From IMG/VR virus record IMGVR_UViG_3300034993_000075, positions 1 to 47,487 of that record: a stretch of 47,487 bases of DNA; one strand, written 5' to 3'. This stretch comes from a virus (taxonomy: Duplodnaviria > Caudoviricetes). Shown in pieces: positions 7,705 to 17,190 of this stretch. The position numbers and the translations under genes were made by a program. The notes beneath the pieces were generated by a model. That model saw only the letters and a list, made by a program, of their open reading frames with translations, made no database searches and was not told where the DNA came from. Position 1 is the stretch's first letter; each line of letters begins with the position of its first letter.

Positions 7705-8841
7705 GTGGGTCTCTACCTCCGCGCCGACAGCCTGTACTGGTGGATGTTCCTCGAGGGCACCGGCCGCCGGACAACCACCGGTGTGCTCCACGTGAACGAC
7801 GCCGACGACCTCGAGCGCCGACGCCAACAGAAGCAGCTCGCCCAGGACGTCTACATCTCCCGGATGAACGATCTGGTTCGGGAGACGCACGACTTCCCCT
7901 CGAAGAATCCCGCCAAGCGGCAGACGTTCCAGACGTTCTCCGAGTGGTACGAGAAGCACGTCACCGCCAGGAAACGCGGAAAGGTCCGCGAGGTCTACAT
8001 CCTGACGCAGCTGCGGAAGCGACTCGGCCGCCGGGAGCTTGCCTCGATCAGCCAGGCCACGGCGAAGGAATACCTCACCGCGCGCGTCGAAGATGACCAG
8101 GTCTCCCCGAATACCGCGAACCGCGAGATCGATCTCCTGAAGTCGATGTTGCGCGAAGCCGTGCAGGCCCGGCTGCTGAAGGCCTCCCCGCTCGTCGGGA
8201 TGAAGCGCCTGAGACACGTCGCCCCGCGCAAGCGTGTCCTCACCCAGGCCGAGGAAGATCGCCTCCTGCAGGCGCTGAAGCCTGCAGACAGGGCACTCTA
8301 CGTCGTGGCCGTCGATACCCTCATGCGGTTGTCGAACGTGCTGAACCTGAAGCGCCGAGACGACAAGGGCACCTATCTCGAACTGACGGACAGCAAGACA
8401 GGTCCCTATACCGTGCCGCTCTCAGCCAGAGCCAGGAAAGCGCTCGACAGTGTGAAGGGCCGCGGGGAGTATTTCTTCGCGCACCGCCGGCAGGCGAAGG
8501 TGGACCGGGATCGACGCGGTGGGATCCGACGGATGCTGCAGCGCGCGTGTAAGAAGGCGAAGCCGAAGATCCCGTACGGCCGCGCGGCCTCCGGCATCAC
8601 GTTCCACACCGCGACACGCGCGACCGGTGCCACGCGGATGCTGCAGGCCGGGGTCGATGCCAGATCGGTGCAAGCGATCGGGAACTGGAAGTCCTTCGAG
8701 CAGATGGGCGCCTACCTACATACGGACGCGAAGCGGATGCGCGAGGCCGTCAATACCATCGGTGCTGGCTCGACGGTCCCACTCACGTCAGATCGCACAG
8801 TGAAACGAGCAGCGCTGAAACTCCGCGCCAAGAGTGCCTAA
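7705..8841 (+). CDS. int: tyrosine recombinase (phage integrase)
   Basis: T.NREI..LK, DTLMRLSNV (catalytic R), SKTG (K), FHT.TR (HxxR variant), GNW, Y near C-terminus; adjacent attP. Confidence 0.93.
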   Translation: MGLYLRADSLYWWMFLEGTGRRTTTGVLHVNDADDLERRRQQKQLAQDVYISRMNDLVRETHDFPSKNPAKRQTFQTFSEWYEKHVTARKRGKVREVYILTQLRKRLGRRELASISQATAKEYLTARVEDDQVSPNTANREIDLLKSMLREAVQARLLKASPLVGMKRLRHVAPRKRVLTQAEEDRLLQALKPADRALYVVAVDTLMRLSNVLNLKRRDDKGTYLELTDSKTGPYTVPLSARARKALDSVKGRGEYFFAHRRQAKVDRDRRGGIRRMLQRACKKAKPKIPYGRAASGITFHTATRATGATRMLQAGVDARSVQAIGNWKSFEQMGAYLHTDAKRMREAVNTIGAGSTVPLTSDRTVKRAALKLRAKSA

Positions 8842-8857
8842 TTCAACGTGGGCTCGG

Positions 8858-8905
8858 GCGTTCGCAATGCAGAGGTCGCGAGTTCGATCCTCGCGCCGTC
8901 CACCA
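8858..8905 (+). other. attP core: 3' portion of tRNA-Ala(CGC)
   Basis: Anticodon loop TT-CGC-AA, T-arm GCGAG-TTCGATC-CTCGC, 3' end CCGTCCACCA with U70 and discriminator A; 5' half absent. Confidence 0.85.
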
Positions 8906-9027
8906 CTACAAAATGTGCGTTTCCACCTCGCGGAAACCGATCGCGCGCGCATTTCAAAACATTACAGATCCTTTCGGTTTCTCTGAAGTCCGTTCACGTG
9001 AAGGCGCACAGTGCGAAGATAGAACTC

Positions 9028-9102
9028 GGCCGGGAGTGAGCCCCCTTCCTCGGACACCGGGGGAGCATCCGTTCCCAACGGTCAGAGACTCACTCGCCGG
9101 CC
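9028..9102. terminator. GC-rich branched stem-loop at the convergence of the integrase/attP and late transcription units
   Basis: GGCCGGGAGTGAG (9028-9040) pairs with CTCACTC(G)CCGGCC (9089-9102) and encloses two smaller hairpins; no U-tract. Confidence 0.45.
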
Positions 9103-9109
9103 TTCTCGG

Positions 9110-10918
9110 TTACGGCCCTGGCGGCGCCGTCACAATCGTCCGCAGTGTGCGCACCGGCTGCCCACCGGCGACCCCCGTCTCGTACCGCTCGCGCGCAGGC
9201 AGGATCCCGAGCTTCGTCGTACCTGTGGGGTCCACCCAGGGCCAGACGTGGCTCCCGAAAAACGAGGGTTTCGCGGAGAGGTAGAGCGAGTTCGGCAGCG
9301 CCTGCGCCGGCCGTTGCCACTTCACTGTGTTCGTCAGGTAATCCCAGTTGCCGTCCCGCAGCACGGTCGACAGCACCTTCGGGTCCTGGGCTTGTTCCCA
9401 GTGCGACGGCGCGTAGCCGAGCTTGAAGATGTGCCCGGTCGCCGCGATCCACTCGTCATACAGCCAGCCGGTCATTTTGCCGCTCTCTCCCAGGACGTTC
9501 CCGATGAACGAGTGCCACCAGGACCCGAACATGAGCCCCGCTGCGCGGCCGTTGACTTGGCCCGGGTAGTCGCGCCGGATGCCGACCAGGTGGTTCCGGA
9601 AGATCGTCATCCCGAAGGAGCTGCCGTGCGTGTCGTCGCTGTCGTAGTTGTGTGACTGATTGCCCTCGAACAGCACGTGGTGCGGGCCGATCATGTGCGA
9701 GCCGTTGATCCCGACTTCGACCCACTCCAGGTAATTCCCGATGAGCGAATTGTCCATGTAGTTGTAGCCCACCACGGAACCAGCTCCGCCAGACTTCGCC
9801 GCCATGACCTTGTTCACGCCCAGGACGATGTTGTTTTCGATGAGGGCTTCAGACGAGGCCCATGCGAGACCGATCCCGTAGCAACCGCCACCCGGATACT
9901 GATGCACGCAGTCGTGGACGTAGGAGTCGCGCACTTCAACGCGGAACGACCCATTGACGATGACGCCTTCGCCGAGCCACGCCGTGCTCTCGACGTTCTT
10001 CGCCCACGCATACGCGGCGGCTTCGAACCGCACATTGCTGTCTGATCCGCCGGTGACGGTAAGGTCTTCCAAGCCTCCGCCCCTCAGGTGCGGCCCACTC
10101 CACCGTGTCACCTGTGCCACTTTAGCGGTGGGATACGATGTGTGCAGTGGCGTCGTGAACGTTATCGTGTTCCCGCTGACCGATGCGATCTCTTTCACCT
10201 CGTTGACCGGTCGGCCGCTGCGACTGAACCAGACGAGCGAATCAGGGAAGGGATCATCTGCGGGGTCGGGCGGGTTGTGCTTGGCGAAGACGACGCGATC
10301 GGAGGCCCAGATCTTCGCCGTTGTCGGCGCGCCATTGCGATTCGGCAGATCGATCCATGTCGCTGTGTTGTAGTCATCTGCATCGAGGAACACGAATTGA
10401 CCCGCGACGTAGCCCGCTGCGCTCGTCACCGTGATCGCGGGGCTGCCCTTCGCGCCATCCGATGACAGATTCACCGTCGACGCCGTGTCGAGACTCGACC
10501 AACGTGCCGGACCGATGATCACGATCGGCTCGTATTCCTCCGCCATGTAGGAGCCCTGGACCGCGCCGTTGGTCTTCCGCAGCGTGGTGCTGCCGGCGCC
10601 GGCGCCGCGCAGCGTTACCGCCTTGTTGATCAGGATGTAGTTGTTGACGAGGAACGTGCCGGCCGAGAGCTGTACCGTCTGTCCGGTGGGACACGCCGCG
10701 AGGGCGGCCTGAATCCCTGCCGAGCTCTCCGACGCGCCGTTGCCGTAGGTGGAGGCCTGAATCGTGGCGCAGATCGTCGCGCGGGCAGGAATGCCGGTCG
10801 TGACGCCCGGCGCCCAGGTCGTGCGCCCCTCGGTCGGGACGATACTGGTATTCACCTGGGCGGCCGCGGGCACGGCGCAGCCCATCACGAGCGCGAGGAC
10901 GCTGACCCACCTGCTCAC
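9110..10918 (-). CDS. secreted pectin-lyase-fold (right-handed beta-helix) protein, putative polysaccharide depolymerase
   Basis: Signal peptide ...VPAAAQ; IQAALAACPTGQTVQLSAGTF..VTLRGAG entry motif; IENN/FEGN/IFRN/FIGN ladders. Confidence 0.75.
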   Translation of the reverse strand: MSRWVSVLALVMGCAVPAAAQVNTSIVPTEGRTTWAPGVTTGIPARATICATIQASTYGNGASESSAGIQAALAACPTGQTVQLSAGTFLVNNYILINKAVTLRGAGAGSTTLRKTNGAVQGSYMAEEYEPIVIIGPARWSSLDTASTVNLSSDGAKGSPAITVTSAAGYVAGQFVFLDADDYNTATWIDLPNRNGAPTTAKIWASDRVVFAKHNPPDPADDPFPDSLVWFSRSGRPVNEVKEIASVSGNTITFTTPLHTSYPTAKVAQVTRWSGPHLRGGGLEDLTVTGGSDSNVRFEAAAYAWAKNVESTAWLGEGVIVNGSFRVEVRDSYVHDCVHQYPGGGCYGIGLAWASSEALIENNIVLGVNKVMAAKSGGAGSVVGYNYMDNSLIGNYLEWVEVGINGSHMIGPHHVLFEGNQSHNYDSDDTHGSSFGMTIFRNHLVGIRRDYPGQVNGRAAGLMFGSWWHSFIGNVLGESGKMTGWLYDEWIAATGHIFKLGYAPSHWEQAQDPKVLSTVLRDGNWDYLTNTVKWQRPAQALPNSLYLSAKPSFFGSHVWPWVDPTGTTKLGILPARERYETGVAGGQPVRTLRTIVTAPPGP

Positions 10919-11343
10919 TTCGTCACCCCGGTCGCCTTGGGCTTCGCCGGCTTCCCCTTCGGGGCCTTCACCGTAAACGCCAGCACGTCCGAGGGGTCGC
11001 TTACCTGTTCAGTGCCTTCATCGCCGATGTTCACCACTTGCACGAACACGGTATGCGAGCCTACCGACCGTGTCCCGATCGAGACCTTGAACTGTGCGTA
11101 GCCTTCGGCGTTGGGCGGGGCTTGCTCGATCGCGTCCGTCTCGGTGAACGACGTCAGCGGGCCGTTGTCGACGATCACCTCCGCGCGCACCAGGTCATCG
11201 CTGGGCTTCGCGCAGAACAAGAGCCAGAGCGGCGCATTGCCGATGACCGACACGGCCGACGGGGACGTGTCGCACGGGTGGGTCTGGGCCCGCGCCGGTG
11301 CGGCCGCTCCGAGGATCACCAAGACTCCGACGATGATTCGCAT
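10915..11343 (-). CDS. secreted Ig/FN3-like protein
   Basis: RBS AGGAGG; signal peptide MRIIVGVLVILGAAAPARA-Q; GSHTVFVQVVN..S.PS beta-sandwich pattern. Confidence 0.7.
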   Translation of the reverse strand: MRIIVGVLVILGAAAPARAQTHPCDTSPSAVSVIGNAPLWLLFCAKPSDDLVRAEVIVDNGPLTSFTETDAIEQAPPNAEGYAQFKVSIGTRSVGSHTVFVQVVNIGDEGTEQVSDPSDVLAFTVKAPKGKPAKPKATGVTK

Positions 11344-11354
11344 CACATTCCTCC

Positions 11355-11525
11355 TTAGTCCACCTTGATCCGCATCTCCTTCAGAAGCCTTCGATCGGTC
11401 TCGCTCAGGCGATACGTCCGCGTCGGCTTCGGGCACCGCTCGCACCTCACGACTCGGCCGCGGTCCACGGTGTGGCGGACGGTGCGGTCGACGTCGCGGC
11501 CACAGTTGGTGCATTTGCTTGGCAC
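11355..11525 (-). CDS. small zinc-ribbon protein (not in ORF track)
   Basis: GTG-PSKCTNCG..RCERCPK..RIKVD*, 56 aa; fills the gap between neighbours. Confidence 0.6.
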   Translation of the reverse strand: MPSKCTNCGRDVDRTVRHTVDRGRVVRCERCPKPTRTYRLSETDRRLLKEMRIKVD

Positions 11526-11531
11526 TGGGGA

Positions 11532-11831
11532 TCAACGCGCCGCCGCCCGCTGGAGGGCGTTGGCGTACGCGACTTGTGCCGAGATAAGCGCTTCACGCGC
11601 GACAGTCAGGTCAGGTGTCTCAGCCACCCGTGGTTCGAGCAACTGGATCCGCTCGGTCGCCGCCGCGTGCTTCTCGGCCCCGCGGCCACGGCCCGGCATG
11701 ATCGCCTCAATGGTTTGCAGGATCTCAGGAAGCATCCGCAAGAACTCGAGCGCTGCACGTCCCCACATCGCTTGGGCCTCCTGCAACGGCCTCGCGAGCG
11801 GGGCATCCGTGTCGCCGTATCCGGGCGTCAC
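11532..11831 (-). CDS. hypothetical protein, weakly holin-like
   Basis: IEAIMPGRGRGAEK..AA resembles the LL-H-type holin soluble motif; position after tail genes. Confidence 0.35.
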   Translation of the reverse strand: MTPGYGDTDAPLARPLQEAQAMWGRAALEFLRMLPEILQTIEAIMPGRGRGAEKHAAATERIQLLEPRVAETPDLTVAREALISAQVAYANALQRAAAR

Positions 11832-12307
11832 TTCTGCTGCTCACCAGAGAACGCGGCCGCGGACGCTTGGGCCTTCTCGATCTTCTCCAGCCGCGGGATG
11901 ATCTGCAGTTGCACGACGCGATTGAAGTCTCCGCGCGTGATCGCGAGGCCCACGCGATCGTTCAGGCTCTTGGCGGTCGCCGCGAGTGCCGCATTCTCCA
12001 TCATCAGGGCTTCGACGGTGCCCTTGTATTCGGCCGTGATGACACGGTGCTCTTCGATTTGCGTCTGCATGGCGACCGCGATCGCATCGACTTCGGCCTT
12101 CGTCGTCGCCAGCGCTTCGACTTGACGCTGGAGATCGCGAAACTCCCCCCCGAACTGCCAGACCATGAGCACGACCAGCATGAGGCGTTCCGGCGTGGCG
12201 ATCTTGCCGAGGTAACTCGGCCAGGTGTCGCCGTTCTTTCTCAGGCTGAACCGATGATCGAGTTTCCTGACGAGTTGCTCAACGAGATCGTCCTCAGGTG
12301 TGGCCAT
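11828..12307 (-). CDS. single-TM coiled-coil protein (holin/spanin-like position)
   Basis: TM LMLVVLMVW followed by a long heptad helix; first gene after the tail tip. Confidence 0.5.
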   Translation of the reverse strand: MATPEDDLVEQLVRKLDHRFSLRKNGDTWPSYLGKIATPERLMLVVLMVWQFGGEFRDLQRQVEALATTKAEVDAIAVAMQTQIEEHRVITAEYKGTVEALMMENAALAATAKSLNDRVGLAITRGDFNRVVQLQIIPRLEKIEKAQASAAAFSGEQQK

Positions 12308-12331
12308 GTCTCCCCTTGGTTCGGTCGGTGC

Positions 12332-15300
12332 TTACGCCAGCAGATTATTGACGTCCCAGCACGTCAGAGTCCGCGTCATCTCGTCTAAGTCGTCCTCGAT
12401 ACGACGAACGTGGAGCCGTCGCGTGGTGTAGCCGGTGGCCGTCGCCCCGGCGTAGTGCGTGAGCTTGATCACGTCGCCGAGTTCGACACTGGCCCCGGCG
12501 CCCAACTGGACCGTGAACGTCACCTCAGCGCGTGGCCGCTTCCACCGTGCGAGCCGTTGACTGGCGACATCCTCGGCCGTGTCACTGTCGCGGATGAGGC
12601 CGTATTCCTGGACGCGCGATTGGCGCAGTCCGAGCGGGCGCCCGCCCATCTCGGTAATCACGGTTTCGTCGGCATCTGTCTGCACACCGGAGAACCATTT
12701 ACCGTCGTAGGGATCGCGGTTAGGCCTCGCCCCGACGTTCGGGACCAGCGCGTGCAAGGCCTCCGCATAGTTGCGCTCGTAGACGAACTGGATCTCGTTC
12801 TGAATACGGTCGGTCATCGGCCGGATTCGAAGCGAGCCTTTCAGCACGTGGTTCTGGTCGGTGAAGATCGTCGCGCTGCTGTACGCGCTCGAGCGGTCCA
12901 GCATGGAGAGGATCAGTTGTCCGTGCCGGTTCTCGCCCCAGTCAAAGTCAAAGTTGCGGCAGAACCATTCTCCGAGTTGGGTCCAGTCCAGTTGCTCGCC
13001 GTCCGCCCCGATGATGCCCGCACAGAGATACGACCGGGCCGCGCAGATGGTCGCCACCGCCTCGAAGCTCGTCATGTCGAGCAACGTGTAGGAACCGAGG
13101 CTGAGTTGGGACAGCCAGTTCCCGGTGGCTTCCTGGGCCAGTTTGTTATTGATGAGGAGCGCGAAGCACCGCGCCGGATTCGACAGCATCGTCCCGGTGG
13201 CATCCCCCACGGACTCCAGGCCGCAGACATTCAACAGGAGCGGGATGCGTCCCGATCGTGCGAGTTCCACCGCGACATGGGCATCGAGGCCGTAGACGTA
13301 GGTGTAGCGCTCATCGTTCTGGTCGGTGTATTCGCCTGCACTGAACCAACCGTCCTGATGGGGTGACCAGAGCACGGTTCCGTAGGCACTCGCCGGGGCC
13401 TTGATGCGCGTCGTGGGCTCGTCGCCGCCGCTGATGTAGTTCGCCAGATAGATCGCCTGGATGCTCTTCAGCGCGTGCCCGCACACAAGAAACTTGTGCA
13501 GGTTGTCGTTGTAGTCCACGGGTGTTTCTGAGGCGATGTAAAACGCCGGCACGACGCCCACTGGATGCTCGTCGGCTTCATCTGAGCACGAACCCAGAAT
13601 GATCGGGACAGGCAGCCCGTTCACGCGCTCGATCGGGTTGCTGTCTGAAATAGAACTGGTCACGACCCGAGCCGGAATCTTCAGATTGGCCGCCGTGGCC
13701 GATACCGAGAACCGCCCCTCGGCGTGAATGTCGAACTCCAGATCGGACACCGCCTCGAAGCTCTGCACCAGGCCGACGAACTCACGCCACGGCGCCCCGG
13801 CCGCTTGGATGGTCGTCAGGTCGGCGACCCACGCCGAGAAGGCCGCATTGACGAGGGCCTCGGTTTCCATCCACCCTCGGAGCATCCGATCGTGGTCGCT
13901 CAGGCGCACCGTCATCGATGGGGACTCGAACCGGCCTTCGCCGTCCGAGAGTCCACGGGCGCACCGGCCGAACCGCAACACCCGCGGGGCTTTCGGCGTG
14001 GCGTCGTTGATCGCCGTGGCCGCGAACCGATGCGTCGTGGCGTCCACCACCACCTCGATCCAGGCGAGCGGCGTCGTGGCGGTCGCGAGCGACGTGCCGG
14101 CCGACGGGTTCGTGCCTGACGCGACGGTGCCAGACCCCGAGCACGGCGTGACCGTTGGGGGCTGATCCGCGTCGGCGTCTTCCCCCCAACTCACCAACTC
14201 CACGAACTGCGTCACCCGCTGCGGCACGCTCGCGTTCGCCCAGAAGACCCATCCCGCGATCCTCGAGGCCGGGGTGCCAGTCGGGTCGACCTCCATCGCC
14301 AGCAGATCCCCTGCGGCGACCGAGACGATGTCCGCAAGATCCGACCCCTCGGTCTCCGTGTCCGTAATGGTCGCGGCAAGAGCGGTAGCCGCTGCGTTCT
14401 TCCGCAGAGTGAATGTATACGCATCGCCGCCGGTGCCCACGTCGAGGTTCAGCATGACGCGGAGGCGCGACAACTTGAACGGGGTGATCCCGACCTTGGT
14501 CTGCACGTCGGTCTCGGTCGTGGAGAACGCCGAGGCGTTGCCGCCCGAGGGCCGCGCGTACACGGGGACCGACCCGTCGGTATTCCCGTTAGTCGCCGCG
14601 CCCACCATGAACTCGCCAGGGGTCGTCGCGGTCAAGAGCACCCCGAACGTCATCTGCATCGGGGTCGCCGATACCGTCTCTTGGATTTGAAAGAGGAAGA
14701 CATCCCCGGCCGTCACGGGCAGGGAGAACGTGGCCTGCTGGTCTTGTGGTGACGCGACGGTCGACACCAGGCGGGTATCAACCGTGCCACCCGATCCGTT
14801 CTGCTCGACCCCGTTTTTAAAGATGACGAAGGTCCAGGTGCCAGACAAGATGGCCCGGTCAATTGACACCCCATACCCACCCACGACACCATCCACGCCC
14901 GCGATGTCGCGAGAGGTGAGATCGTCGAGACCATTGGTCGGAAAGAACAGCCGATTCGTCCGGGTGGTCGCATACGCGGCGTCACTCGCCAGCCCGTAAC
15001 ATTGCTCCCCCGGCGTGGTGCTATCGAAGTCACACGAGACGGTGGTCTCCGAACAGGCCGCCGGGTCCGACAGGCTGGGGACGTGCTTGATCGTCACCTT
15101 CTGCCATTGCGAGACCGAGACCGACACGCCCGTGAGTTGGGCCGTGGTCGCCGTGTCCGCAATCGTGACGGTGAGCCCGGTATCGGAGCCGTTGACCTTG
15201 ACCGTGAAGGTGCGAGACGCCCCACTCCCTGGCGCGGTGCCGAGGGTCACTTGCAGATTCGAAAACGTCCCCGCCGCACTCCACTGGTGCGAGCCGTCGG

Positions 15301-15403
15301 TCTCATCCGTCAACCACACCTGGCCATTCGCCAGCCCGCAGTATTGCGTCGAGTTCGTCGCGAGGGCGTTGCGGTTTCGCCAGAGGATGACCTGCTTGGA
15401 CAT
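12332..15403 (-). CDS. tail tip/central tail protein with N-terminal beta-sandwich repeats
   Basis: 1023 aa, third gene after the TMP; VPIILG and C-terminal VELGDVIKLTH..RRIE hub-type motifs. Confidence 0.7.
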   Translation of the reverse strand: MSKQVILWRNRNALATNSTQYCGLANGQVWLTDETDGSHQWSAAGTFSNLQVTLGTAPGSGASRTFTVKVNGSDTGLTVTIADTATTAQLTGVSVSVSQWQKVTIKHVPSLSDPAACSETTVSCDFDSTTPGEQCYGLASDAAYATTRTNRLFFPTNGLDDLTSRDIAGVDGVVGGYGVSIDRAILSGTWTFVIFKNGVEQNGSGGTVDTRLVSTVASPQDQQATFSLPVTAGDVFLFQIQETVSATPMQMTFGVLLTATTPGEFMVGAATNGNTDGSVPVYARPSGGNASAFSTTETDVQTKVGITPFKLSRLRVMLNLDVGTGGDAYTFTLRKNAAATALAATITDTETEGSDLADIVSVAAGDLLAMEVDPTGTPASRIAGWVFWANASVPQRVTQFVELVSWGEDADADQPPTVTPCSGSGTVASGTNPSAGTSLATATTPLAWIEVVVDATTHRFAATAINDATPKAPRVLRFGRCARGLSDGEGRFESPSMTVRLSDHDRMLRGWMETEALVNAAFSAWVADLTTIQAAGAPWREFVGLVQSFEAVSDLEFDIHAEGRFSVSATAANLKIPARVVTSSISDSNPIERVNGLPVPIILGSCSDEADEHPVGVVPAFYIASETPVDYNDNLHKFLVCGHALKSIQAIYLANYISGGDEPTTRIKAPASAYGTVLWSPHQDGWFSAGEYTDQNDERYTYVYGLDAHVAVELARSGRIPLLLNVCGLESVGDATGTMLSNPARCFALLINNKLAQEATGNWLSQLSLGSYTLLDMTSFEAVATICAARSYLCAGIIGADGEQLDWTQLGEWFCRNFDFDWGENRHGQLILSMLDRSSAYSSATIFTDQNHVLKGSLRIRPMTDRIQNEIQFVYERNYAEALHALVPNVGARPNRDPYDGKWFSGVQTDADETVITEMGGRPLGLRQSRVQEYGLIRDSDTAEDVASQRLARWKRPRAEVTFTVQLGAGASVELGDVIKLTHYAGATATGYTTRRLHVRRIEDDLDEMTRTLTCWDVNNLLA

Positions 15404-15406
15404 GGC

Positions 15407-16423
15407 TTAGGAGTCCGTGCGTCCGCCACGATCGAGGGCGTTCAGGGCCGCCGTTGTCCACGGATCGCCGGTCGCGGGATTCACCGGATAGTTCTCAGAC
15501 AGCGCGCGCCATTCCTCTTGCACGCTCGACTGCCACGGTCCATATAGCGTCGATCCGCCGATGACGACGAGATGCGCGAAACTCGGCGACCCGCTATCCT
15601 CGGCATTCCGCACCAAGGCAACGGCGGACGTTCCATAGATTGCGCTGTGCTCGTCCAGGGTGTCGAGCGTCACCGTGAAGCGACTCCCAACGCCACCCGA
15701 GGCAATGTAGGTCGTGTCTTCGTCTGACGCGGTGTCGTCGATCGCCGCGGGCACCGTCCCGGTGTTCGCGGCCCACTCGACATAGGTGCCCGTCGCGACG
15801 GGGAACCGCACCGTGACCAGATGGTCATGGGGCAGATCGCCCGTCCCCGTCCCGGCATAGAGGTGGCTCACGAAGATGTCTGGGGCCAGGCCGACGTAGA
15901 TGCCATTCCAGCCGTAGAGGTCGGTGTGCGCGGTGTTCTCGTCGCTCACCCCGAGGATCGATTCCCCATCGAGAAACACCTCAGCGGATCCGCCCGCCTT
16001 GGCCACCATCGCCCGCAATCCCAGGCGCAGCTCCGTGCTGAGATCGATCGCGTCGTCCGATACCGCGAGCTCGGTATCCATCGGCCCGCGCCAGAGCGCG
16101 AGTTTCCCGTCGTCACGGAGCACGACGCAGACCTGAATCACGCCGTCGCCGTCGATCGCCCCAAGAAGGACGAGGTCGGCCGCGGGCAACGTATCCACGC
16201 GGAGACGGAAGCCGAGCCGAGGCGTATCGGACCCAGCGACCGGGAGCGTCTTGGTCACGTAGGCGTCTTCGGCGGCCCCCGAGAGCGCATTCTGGCCGTT
16301 GTAGCCTTCGCCGGCTTCGACGATCGCATCGTAGTGGACGGTCGTCCACAGTCGAGGCGTCGCCAGCGTCGCGGTGTCGTAGTAGTCCGGCTGGTCCCGC
16401 CAGACGAGATCCATCCCGGCCAT
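15407..16423 (-). CDS. minor tail protein (LamG-like N-terminus)
   Basis: ATG 16423 coupled to upstream stop; G.AEVFLDG; C-terminal NPATGDPWT..LN motif. Confidence 0.6.
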   Translation of the reverse strand: MAGMDLVWRDQPDYYDTATLATPRLWTTVHYDAIVEAGEGYNGQNALSGAAEDAYVTKTLPVAGSDTPRLGFRLRVDTLPAADLVLLGAIDGDGVIQVCVVLRDDGKLALWRGPMDTELAVSDDAIDLSTELRLGLRAMVAKAGGSAEVFLDGESILGVSDENTAHTDLYGWNGIYVGLAPDIFVSHLYAGTGTGDLPHDHLVTVRFPVATGTYVEWAANTGTVPAAIDDTASDEDTTYIASGGVGSRFTVTLDTLDEHSAIYGTSAVALVRNAEDSGSPSFAHLVVIGGSTLYGPWQSSVQEEWRALSENYPVNPATGDPWTTAALNALDRGGRTDS

Positions 16424-17190
16424 CAGTGCGGCACGCCCGGATTGGCTTCCTCGATGACGTCGGTGATCGGCGAGTGCAACGGCGTCCGCCGGACGTGTTC
16501 CCACTCCACGTCCGGAAACCAGCCATAGCCAGGGTCATTCACGGTGTAGTCGGGCACCCAGAGGAACGGCTGCGTCGGCCCTTCTGACCCGCGACGGAGT
16601 GTCGTCCAGGCGGAGCGCTGCGATTCACGCCCGATCTGCACCCGCCACTGCCGGAACCGGACCGCCTTCCGATACCCGAGGGCGATGTCGTAATCGGTGC
16701 GATGGAGAATCGTGGGCTTCCGTTCTTTGACGCCGACCGTCCACAGCACCTGGATCTCGTCGAGGTCGCGGATGAGGAGGATCTTGCCGACGGAGATGTT
16801 GGCACTCGCCCCGGTGATCGCAAAGTTCCACTGCGTGCCAGCCGTCGTCACCGTCCGTAGATCTAAGAACGCATTGAGCTGCACGCCGTCCGGGTGGACA
16901 GCCGGGATGACGAGGTTCTGACTCGGCATCGCGCCGTTGTTCGTGACGGCCACGGTGAGGCCGGCCAACCCCGCCCCGCAGTTGATGAACGCGACACCCT
17001 TGAGCGCCGTGGAGGCAATCGTGCCACGGTAGGTCGCGTTCGACCCGGTCGTCTTGGAGAGCAGGTGCGCGTAGGGGCTGTTGAGGTTCGTGAGCGGGTG
17101 CGCGCTGTCCGCCGTGCCGCTCGTGAGGGACCACGTCGCCCCGAGGTTGAGCAGGCCGGACGGCTTACAGATGAGGGACTGGATGGCCAT
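16423..17190 (-). CDS. distal tail (Dit-like) protein
   Basis: Immediately follows the TMP; G...PFLWVPD motif. Confidence 0.55.
   Translation of the reverse strand: MAIQSLICKPSGLLNLGATWSLTSGTADSAHPLTNLNSPYAHLLSKTTGSNATYRGTIASTALKGVAFINCGAGLAGLTVAVTNNGAMPSQNLVIPAVHPDGVQLNAFLDLRTVTTAGTQWNFAITGASANISVGKILLIRDLDEIQVLWTVGVKERKPTILHRTDYDIALGYRKAVRFRQWRVQIGRESQRSAWTTLRRGSEGPTQPFLWVPDYTVNDPGYGWFPDVEWEHVRRTPLHSPITDVIEEANPGVPH

Noticed and set aside
8848-8905. Functional phage tRNA gene
   Set aside because: Acceptor 5' strand and D-arm are missing; it is the attP core
12332-16423. Diversity-generating retroelement or invertase acting on tail genes
   Set aside because: No reverse transcriptase, serine invertase or TR/VR pair was seen
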